64,000 nt of DNA from an uncultured bacterium (GTDB taxonomy: Bacteria; Babelota; Babeliae; Babelales; RVW-14): the NCBI GenBank assembly GCA_963759805.1, contig CAVXAT010000002.1:128001-192000 (forward strand), in the 5' to 3' direction. The notes under the pieces were generated by a model. The model saw only the letters and a program-made list of their open reading frames with translations, made no database searches and was not told where the DNA came from. Positions 37,207-47,216 of this stretch are shown here, piece after piece. The position numbers were made by a program, and so were the translations under genes. The stretch's first letter is position 1. Every line of letters begins with the position of its first letter.

Positions 37207-39404
37207 CGTGCCTCCAAATCCGTCGTTAAAAACTCTTTTAAAAAGGTTAAACGCTGCACACCCTTGGCATTCCTAATTCCCATCGCTATCGCTTTGGCTT
37301 GTCCCATAAGGATGCACATCTTTTTTGCCCTTGTAATTGCAGTGTAAATCAAATTTCTTTGTAACAGAATAAAATGCTGCATAAATATTGGAATTATTAC
37401 TGCTGCAAATTCAGAGCCCTGACTTTTATGAATAGAGATTGCATAAGCATGAACTAATTCGTCAAGTTCTGTGAAATCATACTCTAAAACCCTATCACCA
37501 AAATTAATAAACATTTTTTGGTCGATTTTATTTATATCACTGATTTTGCCAATATCACCGTTAAAAACAAATTTTTCATAATTATTTCTGATCTGCATAA
37601 CACGATCTGCAACTTTGTACTGATTGCCAAAAACAAGCACCTGCTTATCTAAATCGTTAGAGGGATTTAAGAGTTTTTGCAGTTCTTGATTAATTCGCTG
37701 CGTTCCAACAACCCCTCTGTTCATTGGCACAAGCACAACCGAATCGTCCGGACTTATGCCCAAAGCAGGAAGACGCTTTAAGTAAATTTCTCTTAACTCT
37801 GCAAGAGCCTCCTCAGGTTCAGTCTGTTTTATATACACAAAATCACGTTTAGTTCCGGCGGTAGCAGAGCTTGGGAATTCGCCATGATTAACTTTATGCG
37901 CGTTGACAATGATCATGCTGTCTTGTGCTTGTCGAAAAATTTGAGTAAGACGAATAACCGGTATTTTTTCGGAGTTAATCAGATCGTTTAAAACGTTTCC
38001 CGCACCAACGGAGGGAAGTTGATCAATGTCCCCAATCAAAACCAAATTTGCATTTGCAGGCATTGCTTTTAAAACGGCATGCATCAAAAAAACATCTATC
38101 ATCGATGATTCATCGATAATCAGAAAATCAAGTTGTAACGCATTCTGCTCATTGCGCGAAAATCCCATTGTAGCAGGGGTAAACTCAAGCAGACGATGAA
38201 GCGTTTCAGAGTTTCGGCCCGTACTTTCAAACAGGCGCTTGGCAGCACGTCCTGTCGGAGCGGCCAGCTTGAAGCGAATATTATAGTCTTCCAGAATATT
38301 AATAAGATTTTTCACAAGAGTCGTCTTACCAGTTCCAGGGCCACCGGTGATTATGGTAATTTTATTTTGAAGACAGGTCAAAATGCCTCTTTGCTGATCC
38401 TCGTTTAATTCGATGCCTGAAGGGCTTGAAATTCGCATTTTATTATAAATTTTGTCGATATCAAAACCTCCAGTATCAAACTGGCGTGTATTTGTATACT
38501 CAAGCAGATACTTAACCCTCTTTGCGATACCTCTTTCTGAGTGATAAAATTGTGGTAAAGTTATAAAATGTTTGTCTTTAGTTGAAATCAATTTAATTTT
38601 ATCTTGAGTATATAGATCATACAAAGCTTCTTTCAATCTCTCTTGAGATGAGGATTCATCAAGCTCGAGTAACTCGATCACCTTCTTTTTAGAATCATCA
38701 AGATCAACATAAAGATGCCCAGCTCCCGCCCCTTCTGAAATTGTAAACACAAAGGCTGCTTTAATTCGCTCAATCGAATCACTTGCAAGTCCAAGCTTAA
38801 GTGCAATTTTGTCTGCAGACTTGAATCCTATACCCCAAACATCATCGATAAGTTGATACGGATTCTGTTGCATTTTTTGAATTGCATCATTACCATATGC
38901 TTTATAAATTTTGGCAGCAAATGATGCTGAAACATCTTTGGACCGTAAAAAAATCATTACCTGAGAAATTTCTTTCTGTTCTTTCCAGGCTGTAACTATC
39001 AGCTCAACTCGCTTTCCTCCGACGCCTTCAACCTCGTAGAGTTTATCAGGATCTTGATCAATTATTTCAAGTGTATGTTCACCAAATTTTTTAACCATTC
39101 TTTGGGCAAATTTGGGACCAATGCCTTTTATCATTCCTGAGGCAAGATATTTTTCGATTCCTGAGGCAGAGCTTGGTAGATTCGTTGTGCATTCTTTAAC
39201 GTCAAACTGCCTGCCGTATTTGGGATTAAATTGCCAAGAACCACTTAACGTAACCTTTGCACCCTCTTGCAAGCCCGGCAAATAACCCTTGGCAATAATA
39301 TCATTTGAACTATTCAATTTAACTGAGAATATTACAAAACCGTCTTCTCCACTTCTGAAAATGACTTTTTCTACGGATCCGACAATTTCAATAATTTCCC
39401 CCAC
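37203..39404 (-). CDS. recD2: RecD2-type ATP-dependent helicase
   Basis: YGRQF, GIGPK, GIGFKSAD, TGGPGTGKTT, APTGRAAKR, IIDESSM, GDIDQLPSVG, HKSQGSEF, YTAITRAK. Confidence 0.93.
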   Translation of the reverse strand: MGEIIEIVGSVEKVIFRSGEDGFVIFSVKLNSSNDIIAKGYLPGLQEGAKVTLSGSWQFNPKYGRQFDVKECTTNLPSSASGIEKYLASGMIKGIGPKFAQRMVKKFGEHTLEIIDQDPDKLYEVEGVGGKRVELIVTAWKEQKEISQVMIFLRSKDVSASFAAKIYKAYGNDAIQKMQQNPYQLIDDVWGIGFKSADKIALKLGLASDSIERIKAAFVFTISEGAGAGHLYVDLDDSKKKVIELLELDESSSQERLKEALYDLYTQDKIKLISTKDKHFITLPQFYHSERGIAKRVKYLLEYTNTRQFDTGGFDIDKIYNKMRISSPSGIELNEDQQRGILTCLQNKITIITGGPGTGKTTLVKNLINILEDYNIRFKLAAPTGRAAKRLFESTGRNSETLHRLLEFTPATMGFSRNEQNALQLDFLIIDESSMIDVFLMHAVLKAMPANANLVLIGDIDQLPSVGAGNVLNDLINSEKIPVIRLTQIFRQAQDSMIIVNAHKVNHGEFPSSATAGTKRDFVYIKQTEPEEALAELREIYLKRLPALGISPDDSVVLVPMNRGVVGTQRINQELQKLLNPSNDLDKQVLVFGNQYKVADRVMQIRNNYEKFVFNGDIGKISDINKIDQKMFINFGDRVLEYDFTELDELVHAYAISIHKSQGSEFAAVIIPIFMQHFILLQRNLIYTAITRAKKMCILMGQAKAIAMGIRNAKGVQRLTFLKEFLTTDLEAR

Positions 39405-39412
39405 AATAAATC

Positions 39413-40070
39413 CTATTTATTATCTACTGTTTTACTATCATTATTTGTAGTTTTATTATTTTGTTTTTTGTTGGCAGTTAATTTATCCAGAAGCTTATTA
39501 TAAGCATTGGTGGCGGGCTCACTTAAGCTTGCATTAATATCTGCAAAAAACATCAAAAATTCTGTCGCAGTTGCATTCAAATCCGGAACGGTTTTAATTG
39601 TCTTGCTAAAATATACGAGAAAAGACCCTTCAACATCAAATGATTTGTATATAAAAGAATTTTTGACTTTTTCTGTACCTAAACAATGTTCCAAAAGATT
39701 TTTAACAATATTCCGTTGTTCCTTTATGTCTTCCATAAATTTTTCAACAGGCTCAAGTACGAATGTTAACTGTTTTTTAACATACTCATGCTCCTGCGCT
39801 CCTGTTTCAAAATAAATCGGCTCACCGCGAGATGTCATTCCAATAGGATTAAGTTTTGCAATAGCATTCACAACCTTTTGGCCTCTGTCCGCAGCCATTG
39901 CCATTCGCAATGTAGTTGTTGGAAATTTAACGAAAACATTATTTAACATATTCATCCATGGGCTGTCAATTGGTTTTCCCTTATAGTCCTTGTTTTTCAA
40001 CTGCGGCTACAAACACAGAACTATTCAAGACAACCAAAGCACCCACTAATATTAGTTTATTGAATTTCAT
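39413..40070 (-). pseudogene. secreted hypothetical protein interrupted by a +1 frameshift (or sequence error)
   Basis: RBS plus ATG 40070 gives signal peptide MKFNKLILVGALVVLNSSVFVAAVE then stops. The body (39413..40000) is in the +1 frame, joined at about 39982..40008. Confidence 0.65.
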
Positions 40071-40091
40071 AAAAAACCTTTCTTTTATAAA

Positions 40092-41660
40092 TTAGAAACT
40101 AGCTGCTATTTTAAAATATACCGTCCAATCATTACCTATGCCACGACTATAAATTGCAGTATCGCCTCCTAATCCTACGCTTAAATCGCATCTTTTATAC
40201 TTCTTTACATACAGGGCTTCTGCAAAAATCTTATGTTGCTCAACACTATCAGCTTCTGTGTCTTCAATTTTTAAAGCTGACATTGAAGAATTCGTGTTAT
40301 AAATTTTTTCGATAGATTCTTTCTGTTGCGAGTAATAATCATAACCTATCGCAAATTTCATTTTTTTGATTTCCGTGCTTGCAGCAAGAACAAAATTAAA
40401 AATTCCACCGGGATACACTTCTGATTTAAAAGAGGTCGGTAAAAGATACTCTTGAATGAATGGTTTAAGAACATCCCTTATATATTTATCGTCTCCTTTT
40501 ACAGCCACCGCATGCACCTCATCCGGAGTTACAGTTTCTTTATACATAAACAAACGATATTCATCGGCAGGAAGCAGTTTAACATAAGCCGCACGCATCC
40601 AAAGCTGGAGTAATCTATGGAATAGATCAGCCTTGGACTCCATGTAACACCCAAATCCAAAATGCCCCCCATTCCCAAGCCGTGGGTCAATAAGATAGTC
40701 CCTAATACCTTTTAAAACATTCACAATACCATCTTGTAAAGCTTCATTACTGCTTATATCATCAATAATACCACTTGGATCAGCGTCTATTTTTGTACTA
40801 CGTGAAAGCAGGCTCGTAGGAATTATACATTCAAACCCAAAGTCATTTTGAAAATCTGTCATATTCAATGTGTTAATACCAAGCTTAAGCCTAGTATCAC
40901 CCATTCCAAATCTTATACGATAAAGCTCACTTTCATCAAATTTCCCACCCTCATCATATTTTGAGAATAACTCTTTCAGCTCACGTTGACGTTTTTTGCT
41001 TATGTAAAAATTGCGCTCGGCCACCTGCAGCGACGTATGTATTTGAACTGAAAATGGTCCTTTTATGAACCCTCCCTGCAAAAGCACTCCAACCTTACGT
41101 TCTTGAAGTACAAACTCCTCCAAAAGTGGCACCACACTAGACAAGTCCTTTGCCTTTTGTTCGCCAACAAGCTGTCCAACATATAAATTAATTACCTGTT
41201 TTAACGCCTCTAAGCCCTCCCCTTTAATTTTTGCCACAAGACTTCCTGTAGGCGTATGCATGCGATTTGTCATATTAAAGAAAAGATTTCCTGCAAATCC
41301 TCCATATTCAATTGCAGCAATTTTATAAGGAATGTGATAAAGAATATCACGGCCCTGTGGATAAACGGTATTTGCCCATAGAGGTTGTTTAATACCTTCA
41401 GATAAAGCAATGGCCGCTTCTTGCAAGTTAAGCGCCTCCATTCTTGTATCTACAGAATCTTTCTCACTATCCTCAATCTTATCAATATCAGATAAATCAA
41501 TATCCCCAATTCCAATGCGATCCATAACAGATGTACCGGCATCTAAACTACCACTCTGACCTACTTGATCATCGGCAACCAACTGAGGCATTAAAAATAA
41601 AGACAATATTAGATAAACATACTTGTTCAAACACCTAAACTTCATAAATTTAGTTCCCAT
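40092..41660 (-). CDS. exported hypothetical protein, possibly an outer-membrane beta-barrel
   Basis: Signal peptide, amphipathic strands, C-terminal Phe (VYFKIAASF). Confidence 0.6.
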   Translation of the reverse strand: MGTKFMKFRCLNKYVYLILSLFLMPQLVADDQVGQSGSLDAGTSVMDRIGIGDIDLSDIDKIEDSEKDSVDTRMEALNLQEAAIALSEGIKQPLWANTVYPQGRDILYHIPYKIAAIEYGGFAGNLFFNMTNRMHTPTGSLVAKIKGEGLEALKQVINLYVGQLVGEQKAKDLSSVVPLLEEFVLQERKVGVLLQGGFIKGPFSVQIHTSLQVAERNFYISKKRQRELKELFSKYDEGGKFDESELYRIRFGMGDTRLKLGINTLNMTDFQNDFGFECIIPTSLLSRSTKIDADPSGIIDDISSNEALQDGIVNVLKGIRDYLIDPRLGNGGHFGFGCYMESKADLFHRLLQLWMRAAYVKLLPADEYRLFMYKETVTPDEVHAVAVKGDDKYIRDVLKPFIQEYLLPTSFKSEVYPGGIFNFVLAASTEIKKMKFAIGYDYYSQQKESIEKIYNTNSSMSALKIEDTEADSVEQHKIFAEALYVKKYKRCDLSVGLGGDTAIYSRGIGNDWTVYFKIAASF

Positions 41661-42090
41661 TCCATTAAACTTATAAACTTAAATTTTATTCTACTTAAGA
41701 CGCGCTGTCATTCAGACTAAATATTAATTCTTTGCTATGTCAATTTACCAGCAGATTAAGTCAGTTTTATCAAAACTTTATCTAAACATCCATTAACGTT
41801 GATTTTGAAATTTGAAGTCGAGATAATCCACCCCGACCAAAAACATACACCAAACTTAGCAGATTTTATAAAAAATAAAACATTATAATACGAATAATAG
41901 ACAAAGTGAAAAATAATACCTCTTGAAAAGAAGCATTTATCCTAAATATAAATTTTTATACGCTCCAGCCTATTGCAGGCGCCACAAATTAAAAAAATTT
42001 ACAAAAACCTATTAACTAATGACCAAAAAAAATATAATGTAATTTGTGTGATATTGAAAAATACAAAACTTAATATGAAAGAGGTGCGTT

Positions 42091-42342
42091 ATGGCAGATG
42101 TTGAAATGGCAAAAATAGCCGCTTACGTTGCAGCAGGATTTTGTATGGGCATAGGAGCTCTCGGACCTGCTCTAGGCCAGGGCTTGGTTGGATCAAAAGC
42201 TTGCGAAAGTATTGGAAAACAACCGGAATCGGCAAATCTTGTAACAAAAACCATGGTACTTGCACTTGCCTTCATTGAATCAACATCAATCTACTGTTTA
42301 GTCATTGCATTGATGCTAATATTTTTTGTAGGCAGCAAGTAA
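42091..42342 (+). CDS. atpE: F0 ATP synthase subunit c
   Basis: GIGALGPALGQG, KQPE, IESTSIY; RBS gaggtg. Confidence 0.96.
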   Translation: MADVEMAKIAAYVAAGFCMGIGALGPALGQGLVGSKACESIGKQPESANLVTKTMVLALAFIESTSIYCLVIALMLIFFVGSK

Positions 42343-42365
42343 ATATAATCGAATAAAGGATATGA

Positions 42366-42722
42366 ATGCAAATTAATTGCACCGTCTTTATTCAGATAAT
42401 CAACTTCTGGGTAACATACTTTTTTTTGCGCAAAATCCTTTTAGAGCCGGCAATGGCAATGATCCATAAAAAGAGGGCCGCAATGGACTCTTTAGCTAAT
42501 CATCTAAAAGAAAAAGAGCTCGTTATAACTGGGCTTATCAACAAAAAAAGTAAAGAGCTCGTCGATTTTCGCGAACAGGTACAGTTTAAATATAAAAAGC
42601 CACAATTAAAGCCCTTAGAAATTAAAACGGATCTAATTTATGAGTCAAATCCCAAACAGATAGAAGAATTGATAAATTCAAGCAAGAATTTGATAATCGA
42701 GAAGGTTTCAAATGCACTTTGA
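42366..42722 (+). CDS. F0 subunit b'-like
   Basis: IN.TVFIQIINF......L.KILLEP; position after atpE. Confidence 0.7.
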   Translation: MQINCTVFIQIINFWVTYFFLRKILLEPAMAMIHKKRAAMDSLANHLKEKELVITGLINKKSKELVDFREQVQFKYKKPQLKPLEIKTDLIYESNPKQIEELINSSKNLIIEKVSNAL

Positions 42723-43203
42723 ATTTCAGTTTTGGGACATGCTATTTCGCTTAACAATATTTGGTTTGCTGTCGTATAAATTTTTTTCGTTTGCTAAGCA
42801 GTATTTAATTCCATACCTACGTGGGCAGATAAAGGAAGAACAGAATGCTCGACTGAATTTGATAGAAAAAGAGAACATTTTAATATCAAGTCAGCACAAG
42901 ATAGAAACTCAAATCCGACATCAACAAACCCTTTTCAATTTGCTTGAAAAAAATGTTCAATCTTGGCAAATGCTTCTTTTGACACAGAAAAACAACAAAG
43001 AAGAGGAATTTAACAAAATTAAAATATCGGCAGATCAAAAAAGAGCAGTCCAACAAAAAAATTATTTTATTGTATGCGAAAGTAAAGAGATACTTCCCTA
43101 TGCCGTCAACAGCGCAGAAGCTGAACTGATTAATAAATACTCCGGACAGCCGGGTAAATTTTCATTTGATAATTTAATTGAAAAAATAGCGGAAAAAAAT
43201 TAA
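42712..43203 (+). CDS. atpF: F0 subunit b-like
   Basis: N-terminal TM helix plus long helix; position between atpE and atpH. Confidence 0.6.
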   Translation: MHFEFQFWDMLFRLTIFGLLSYKFFSFAKQYLIPYLRGQIKEEQNARLNLIEKENILISSQHKIETQIRHQQTLFNLLEKNVQSWQMLLLTQKNNKEEEFNKIKISADQKRAVQQKNYFIVCESKEILPYAVNSAEAELINKYSGQPGKFSFDNLIEKIAEKN

Positions 43204-43217
43204 AAAGATATCTAATT

Positions 43218-43773
43218 ATGCTTACCCAAATTGATTCAGTTGCCAAAAAATACGCCATTGCCTATCTAAACCTATATATCAGTGAACTCACAACCAAAAT
43301 GGTTGACGACTTGGGCCAGATTAAAAAAATTTTTATATAAAAATAAAAAATTATATGCTTATTTAAGCATTCCAAAACTATCTTTGAAGACGAAATTAAC
43401 TTTTATTGACCGACTTTGTAACGCATTTAATCTGGCTCAAGGCGAAATTAGACTTATACGATTGTTAGTAGAACAAGGGCGCATAGAGATTCTGGATGCA
43501 ACGCTCAAAAGGATTATCGAAGAATACCATATAAAAACCGGCGTGGTGCTATTAAATGTTTATACTTCACACGAAACTAATGATGCCCAGAAAATTATAA
43601 TCAAAAATTTTATACATAATTTAATCAAACAAAAAACTGAAATTAAATTTTTTATTGATAAAAGTTTAATTAATGGAATTAGAATAAAAAGTTCCACATT
43701 TTTGTGGGAACACTCCGTAAGAAAACACATTAAAAAATTTAAAAACAATTTATTTCAACAGGCCATATTATGA
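43218..43773 (+). CDS. atpH: F1 subunit delta, split by a +1 frameshift near 43313..43329
   Basis: ATG 43218 gives MLTQIDSVAKKYAIAYL (delta N-terminal motif) and stops at 43340. The remainder (LSIPKLS..K, LVEQGRI, IDKSLINGIRIK) is in the +1 frame. Confidence 0.8.
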
Positions 43774-45290
43774 AAGAAAAAGATACTGATCTTATATCAT
43801 TGTTAGAAAAAGCACTTAGCCAACAGCCTCAAGAATATCCGGATGAAATTGGAACTGTTATTAAGGTTGGCGATGGCATTTGTAAAGTATTCGGATTAAA
43901 TAACGCAACTTTAGGCGAGGTAATAGAGTTTGAAAATGGGGGAAGAGGCATAATTCTTGATATGGATGAGGATTTTGTTTCTGTGGTTCTTTTTGAAGGC
44001 ACCAAGCTTGTTCTTGAGCAAGATGTTGCCAAAAGAACAGGACAAGTTTTAAGTATACCAGTAGGTAGTGGTCTTATGGGCCGAATTATAAGCCCAACCG
44101 GTATGCCACTTGATCTACTCGGAGATATTAAAGCAGAAAAATGGATGCCACTGGAACAACCATGTGCTCCTATAATTGATCGCTCACCGGTTAATGAACC
44201 TCTCGGTACTGGCATAACAGTTATTGACAGCATGTTCCCAATCGGTAAGGGACAACGTGAGCTATTTATTGGAGATCGAGGAACAGGTAAGACCTCACTT
44301 GTCGTAGATACAATTCTCAACCAAAGAGGCAAAAATGTCATCTGCATTTATGTTTCAATAGGGCACAAACAATCTGATACCGCTCGTCTAATTTATTTAC
44401 TTGAAAAGCATGGATCTCTTGAATATACAGTTATAGTTGAGGCAGACGCAAAAGAGAGTGCTTTAAATCTATATCTTGCTCCTTATGCAGGATGCTCAAT
44501 AGGTGAATATTTTATGAGGCAGGGAAAAGACGCCTTAATCATATATGACGATTTAAGTAAGCATGCGATTGCTTATCGTGAGCTTTCTCTGTTACTCAAA
44601 AGACCTCCGGGAAGAGAAGCATACCCGGGAGACATATTTTACATTCATTCCAGGTTATTGGAGCGCGCAGGTAAAATGTCAGCTCAGTTAGGCAGTGGAT
44701 CATTAACGGCCATTCCAATCATTCAAACGCAGGAAGATGACATCTCAGGATATATTCCAACCAATTTAATTTCTATCACAGACGGACAAATTATTTTAGA
44801 TACATCATTATTCAACAGTGGAATAAAGCCAGCCGTAAATGTCGGGCTTTCAGTTTCGCGTATTGGTTCTATTGCACAGACAAAGGCAATGCGTTCAGTT
44901 TCCGGTTCTTTAAAACTTGAATTGGCTCAATACTATGAACTTTTGGCATTTGTTCAATTCGGTTCAGAGCTAGATAAAGCAAGTCAAAAAGCGATAGATC
45001 GTGGCCAAAGAGCAATTGAAATTTTAAAGCAACCAGAGCATGAAACATACTCATTCGTTGATCAGGTTCTGTTTTTATTTTTATTAAGGGAAAATTATCT
45101 AACTAAGATAGATCTACATGATGTAAAAAAATTCGTTCTTCAATTTGCATCATACATACAGGGTGCACACGGTGAAACATACAATAGCATCTTAAATACA
45201 AAGGACCTAACACCAAACGACCTGACTAAACTTAAAAAAGCAGCGGATGAGTTTGGAATCATTTTCTCCAGCAAAACAAGCATTTTTTGA
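43770..45290 (+). CDS. atpA: F1 ATP synthase subunit alpha
   Basis: VGDGI, GKGQRELFIGDRGTGKT, RPPGREAYPGDIFYIHSRLLER, YIPTNLISITDGQI. Confidence 0.97.
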   Translation: MKEKDTDLISLLEKALSQQPQEYPDEIGTVIKVGDGICKVFGLNNATLGEVIEFENGGRGIILDMDEDFVSVVLFEGTKLVLEQDVAKRTGQVLSIPVGSGLMGRIISPTGMPLDLLGDIKAEKWMPLEQPCAPIIDRSPVNEPLGTGITVIDSMFPIGKGQRELFIGDRGTGKTSLVVDTILNQRGKNVICIYVSIGHKQSDTARLIYLLEKHGSLEYTVIVEADAKESALNLYLAPYAGCSIGEYFMRQGKDALIIYDDLSKHAIAYRELSLLLKRPPGREAYPGDIFYIHSRLLERAGKMSAQLGSGSLTAIPIIQTQEDDISGYIPTNLISITDGQIILDTSLFNSGIKPAVNVGLSVSRIGSIAQTKAMRSVSGSLKLELAQYYELLAFVQFGSELDKASQKAIDRGQRAIEILKQPEHETYSFVDQVLFLFLLRENYLTKIDLHDVKKFVLQFASYIQGAHGETYNSILNTKDLTPNDLTKLKKAADEFGIIFSSKTSIF

Positions 45291-45303
45291 GATATAAGAC
45301 AGA

Positions 45304-45765
45304 ATGCAATACAACAAGTTTTACAGTCAAATTTTAATAATAAGTTTTTTACTTTTTACCGGCTGCGGGCGCAAACAGAAGAATATATTCTCCTTTGAGC
45401 CCGAACCAAAGATTAAGGTCAAAAAGCTGGATCTGCCTGCAGTTAGGGGATTAAATATAACTCCAAAAGACGGGTTCCCCGAATTAACTTGGTTTGATTT
45501 GTTTAATCAAAAAAACAGTACTCAAATCAATTCGCTACAAAAAAACTTTGTTGGATATGATGTTTTTAAATTAACGAAACAAAATTTTATACCCAAACAT
45601 CCTCTCAATAAAAATCCTTTAACAGAGACACAATTTTTGGATAAGAGTAAAAAGCCAGCAAGAAAAAACCCTTCAAAATCATTTTACCTGGTTCAACCCG
45701 TTTTCAAATTTGATAATCAAATTATAAAAGGGCCATCCAGTCAAATTGTTGGCATCGAAAATTAA
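45304..45765 (+). CDS. hypothetical lipoprotein
   Basis: Lipobox LFTGC; beta-rich, FN3-like pattern (LTW..GYDVFK..F.D...Y.V). Confidence 0.65.
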   Translation: MQYNKFYSQILIISFLLFTGCGRKQKNIFSFEPEPKIKVKKLDLPAVRGLNITPKDGFPELTWFDLFNQKNSTQINSLQKNFVGYDVFKLTKQNFIPKHPLNKNPLTETQFLDKSKKPARKNPSKSFYLVQPVFKFDNQIIKGPSSQIVGIEN

Positions 45766-45823
45766 GAATCAAAAATATCCAGACTTGATAAACCATGGGA
45801 TTTTCTGGCGATGGCGAATAAAA

Positions 45824-45856
45824 ATCCCTCCAACTTAGGACAAGCTGGAGGGTTGG
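45824..45856. terminator. stem-loop between convergent genes
   Basis: aatccctcca(a)ctt...agctggagggtt. Confidence 0.4.
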
Positions 45857-46030
45857 GGGGGCGAACAATACTTTTTAGTATTGTTCATTTAGGGACTCTT
45901 TAATGTTTTTTCTATGGAATCTGTCTCAAAAAATTTCTATCACACCATATGCACCGAAATGGTAACAAGGTCTAAGATCTATGTCAAGAAAAAAACTTTC
46001 TCTTTATAAATTTTACTCAAAAAACATTCC

Positions 46031-47173
46031 CTACCAAACAACATTCTTTCCCAACGCAATATCACGCATCTTTTGGATCTTGCTATCAGGCCCAAAATAT
46101 GAACCCAAGAAAATACGTTTGCCGTTTTTAGCAATCGTTTTCCCACTTTCAATTTCAGAAAGATCAACACCAATTAACTCTCTTATCGCAATTTCTCTTA
46201 CGCCTAAATCACTAATCGTAAAGCCAAGCGTATTTACATTTTTATCATCAAGATCTTTAACAGAAGAAAAACCCAATCCTGTAGATTCAACAACCTTTCC
46301 ATCGCCTACATACATAACAACATGTGACACTTTCAGCCCTTGCTCATCGTTTGCAAAAAAGATCAGATCGGCTAGTTTTAAGTCTTGTCCATTTCTTAGC
46401 TCGTTTGCAGCTCTGCGCTGAGGGCCTGCATCGCGCGGAATTTCAAGCCCCCACGCCAAATAACATTCATTTGTAAGGCCTGAACAATCTATGCCTGTAA
46501 TTTGATCAAATTTAGAGTTTAAAGGACTTCTTCCGCCCCAAACATATGAAGTGCCACTTTCAACGAATAATCGTGCATTCCTTACAATTTGATCACGTAA
46601 CAAACTTTCTGATTCTCTTACAACTTCTGTCATTTCATAAATCGCATTGTTAGTTTGCAAATAGCCTGCAGCTTTTTGATCAATTATAACAGCCCACCAC
46701 TCTCCATTAATTCTTCTAGCCTCAAGCCTAGTTCCCATTGCCAAGTCTCTTAAAACAGGACTTTTAACATCCATATCTGAAAAAAGTGGCATCCACAAAT
46801 TTTGTAAAATAATGTTATATTTGGGAAATTCAGGAACAGGCATAAGATTAGATCTTAACACAAAACCGGGATATGGAACCCATTGATTATTTCGCCACGC
46901 TTTTTGACCTAAAACAGAAACTTTCATCCAATCTGGATTCCCTTCCACTGGCTCTGCCAAAATGCATTCTCCATAAAGCAGTTGCGAATCTTGTGCTCCT
47001 ATGTCTTTTGACATTGCAGGCGCCTTTAAATGCTCCGGCACAAATTCCGGCTTACATCTTAAATCAGCTACGCAACTGCCTACGATCATTTTTTCATTTG
47101 GTTCACAAACTAAATTTGACTGTGGCACAAATTGGATCAAAGCACATACACAAATAAAAATAGTCTTTTTCAT
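46031..47173 (-). CDS. NlpC/P60 gamma-D-glutamyl peptidase with SH3-like domains (YkfC-like)
   Basis: SQLLYGE, YVWGGRS, GIDCSGL, IPRDA..Q, DLIFF, HVVMYVG; start ATG 47173. Confidence 0.88.
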   Translation of the reverse strand: MKKTIFICVCALIQFVPQSNLVCEPNEKMIVGSCVADLRCKPEFVPEHLKAPAMSKDIGAQDSQLLYGECILAEPVEGNPDWMKVSVLGQKAWRNNQWVPYPGFVLRSNLMPVPEFPKYNIILQNLWMPLFSDMDVKSPVLRDLAMGTRLEARRINGEWWAVIIDQKAAGYLQTNNAIYEMTEVVRESESLLRDQIVRNARLFVESGTSYVWGGRSPLNSKFDQITGIDCSGLTNECYLAWGLEIPRDAGPQRRAANELRNGQDLKLADLIFFANDEQGLKVSHVVMYVGDGKVVESTGLGFSSVKDLDDKNVNTLGFTISDLGVREIAIRELIGVDLSEIESGKTIAKNGKRIFLGSYFGPDSKIQKMRDIALGKNVVW

Positions 47174-47216
47174 AAAAATTTCCTTAAATACAAAAACTCC
47201 ACACACAACAATTGTT

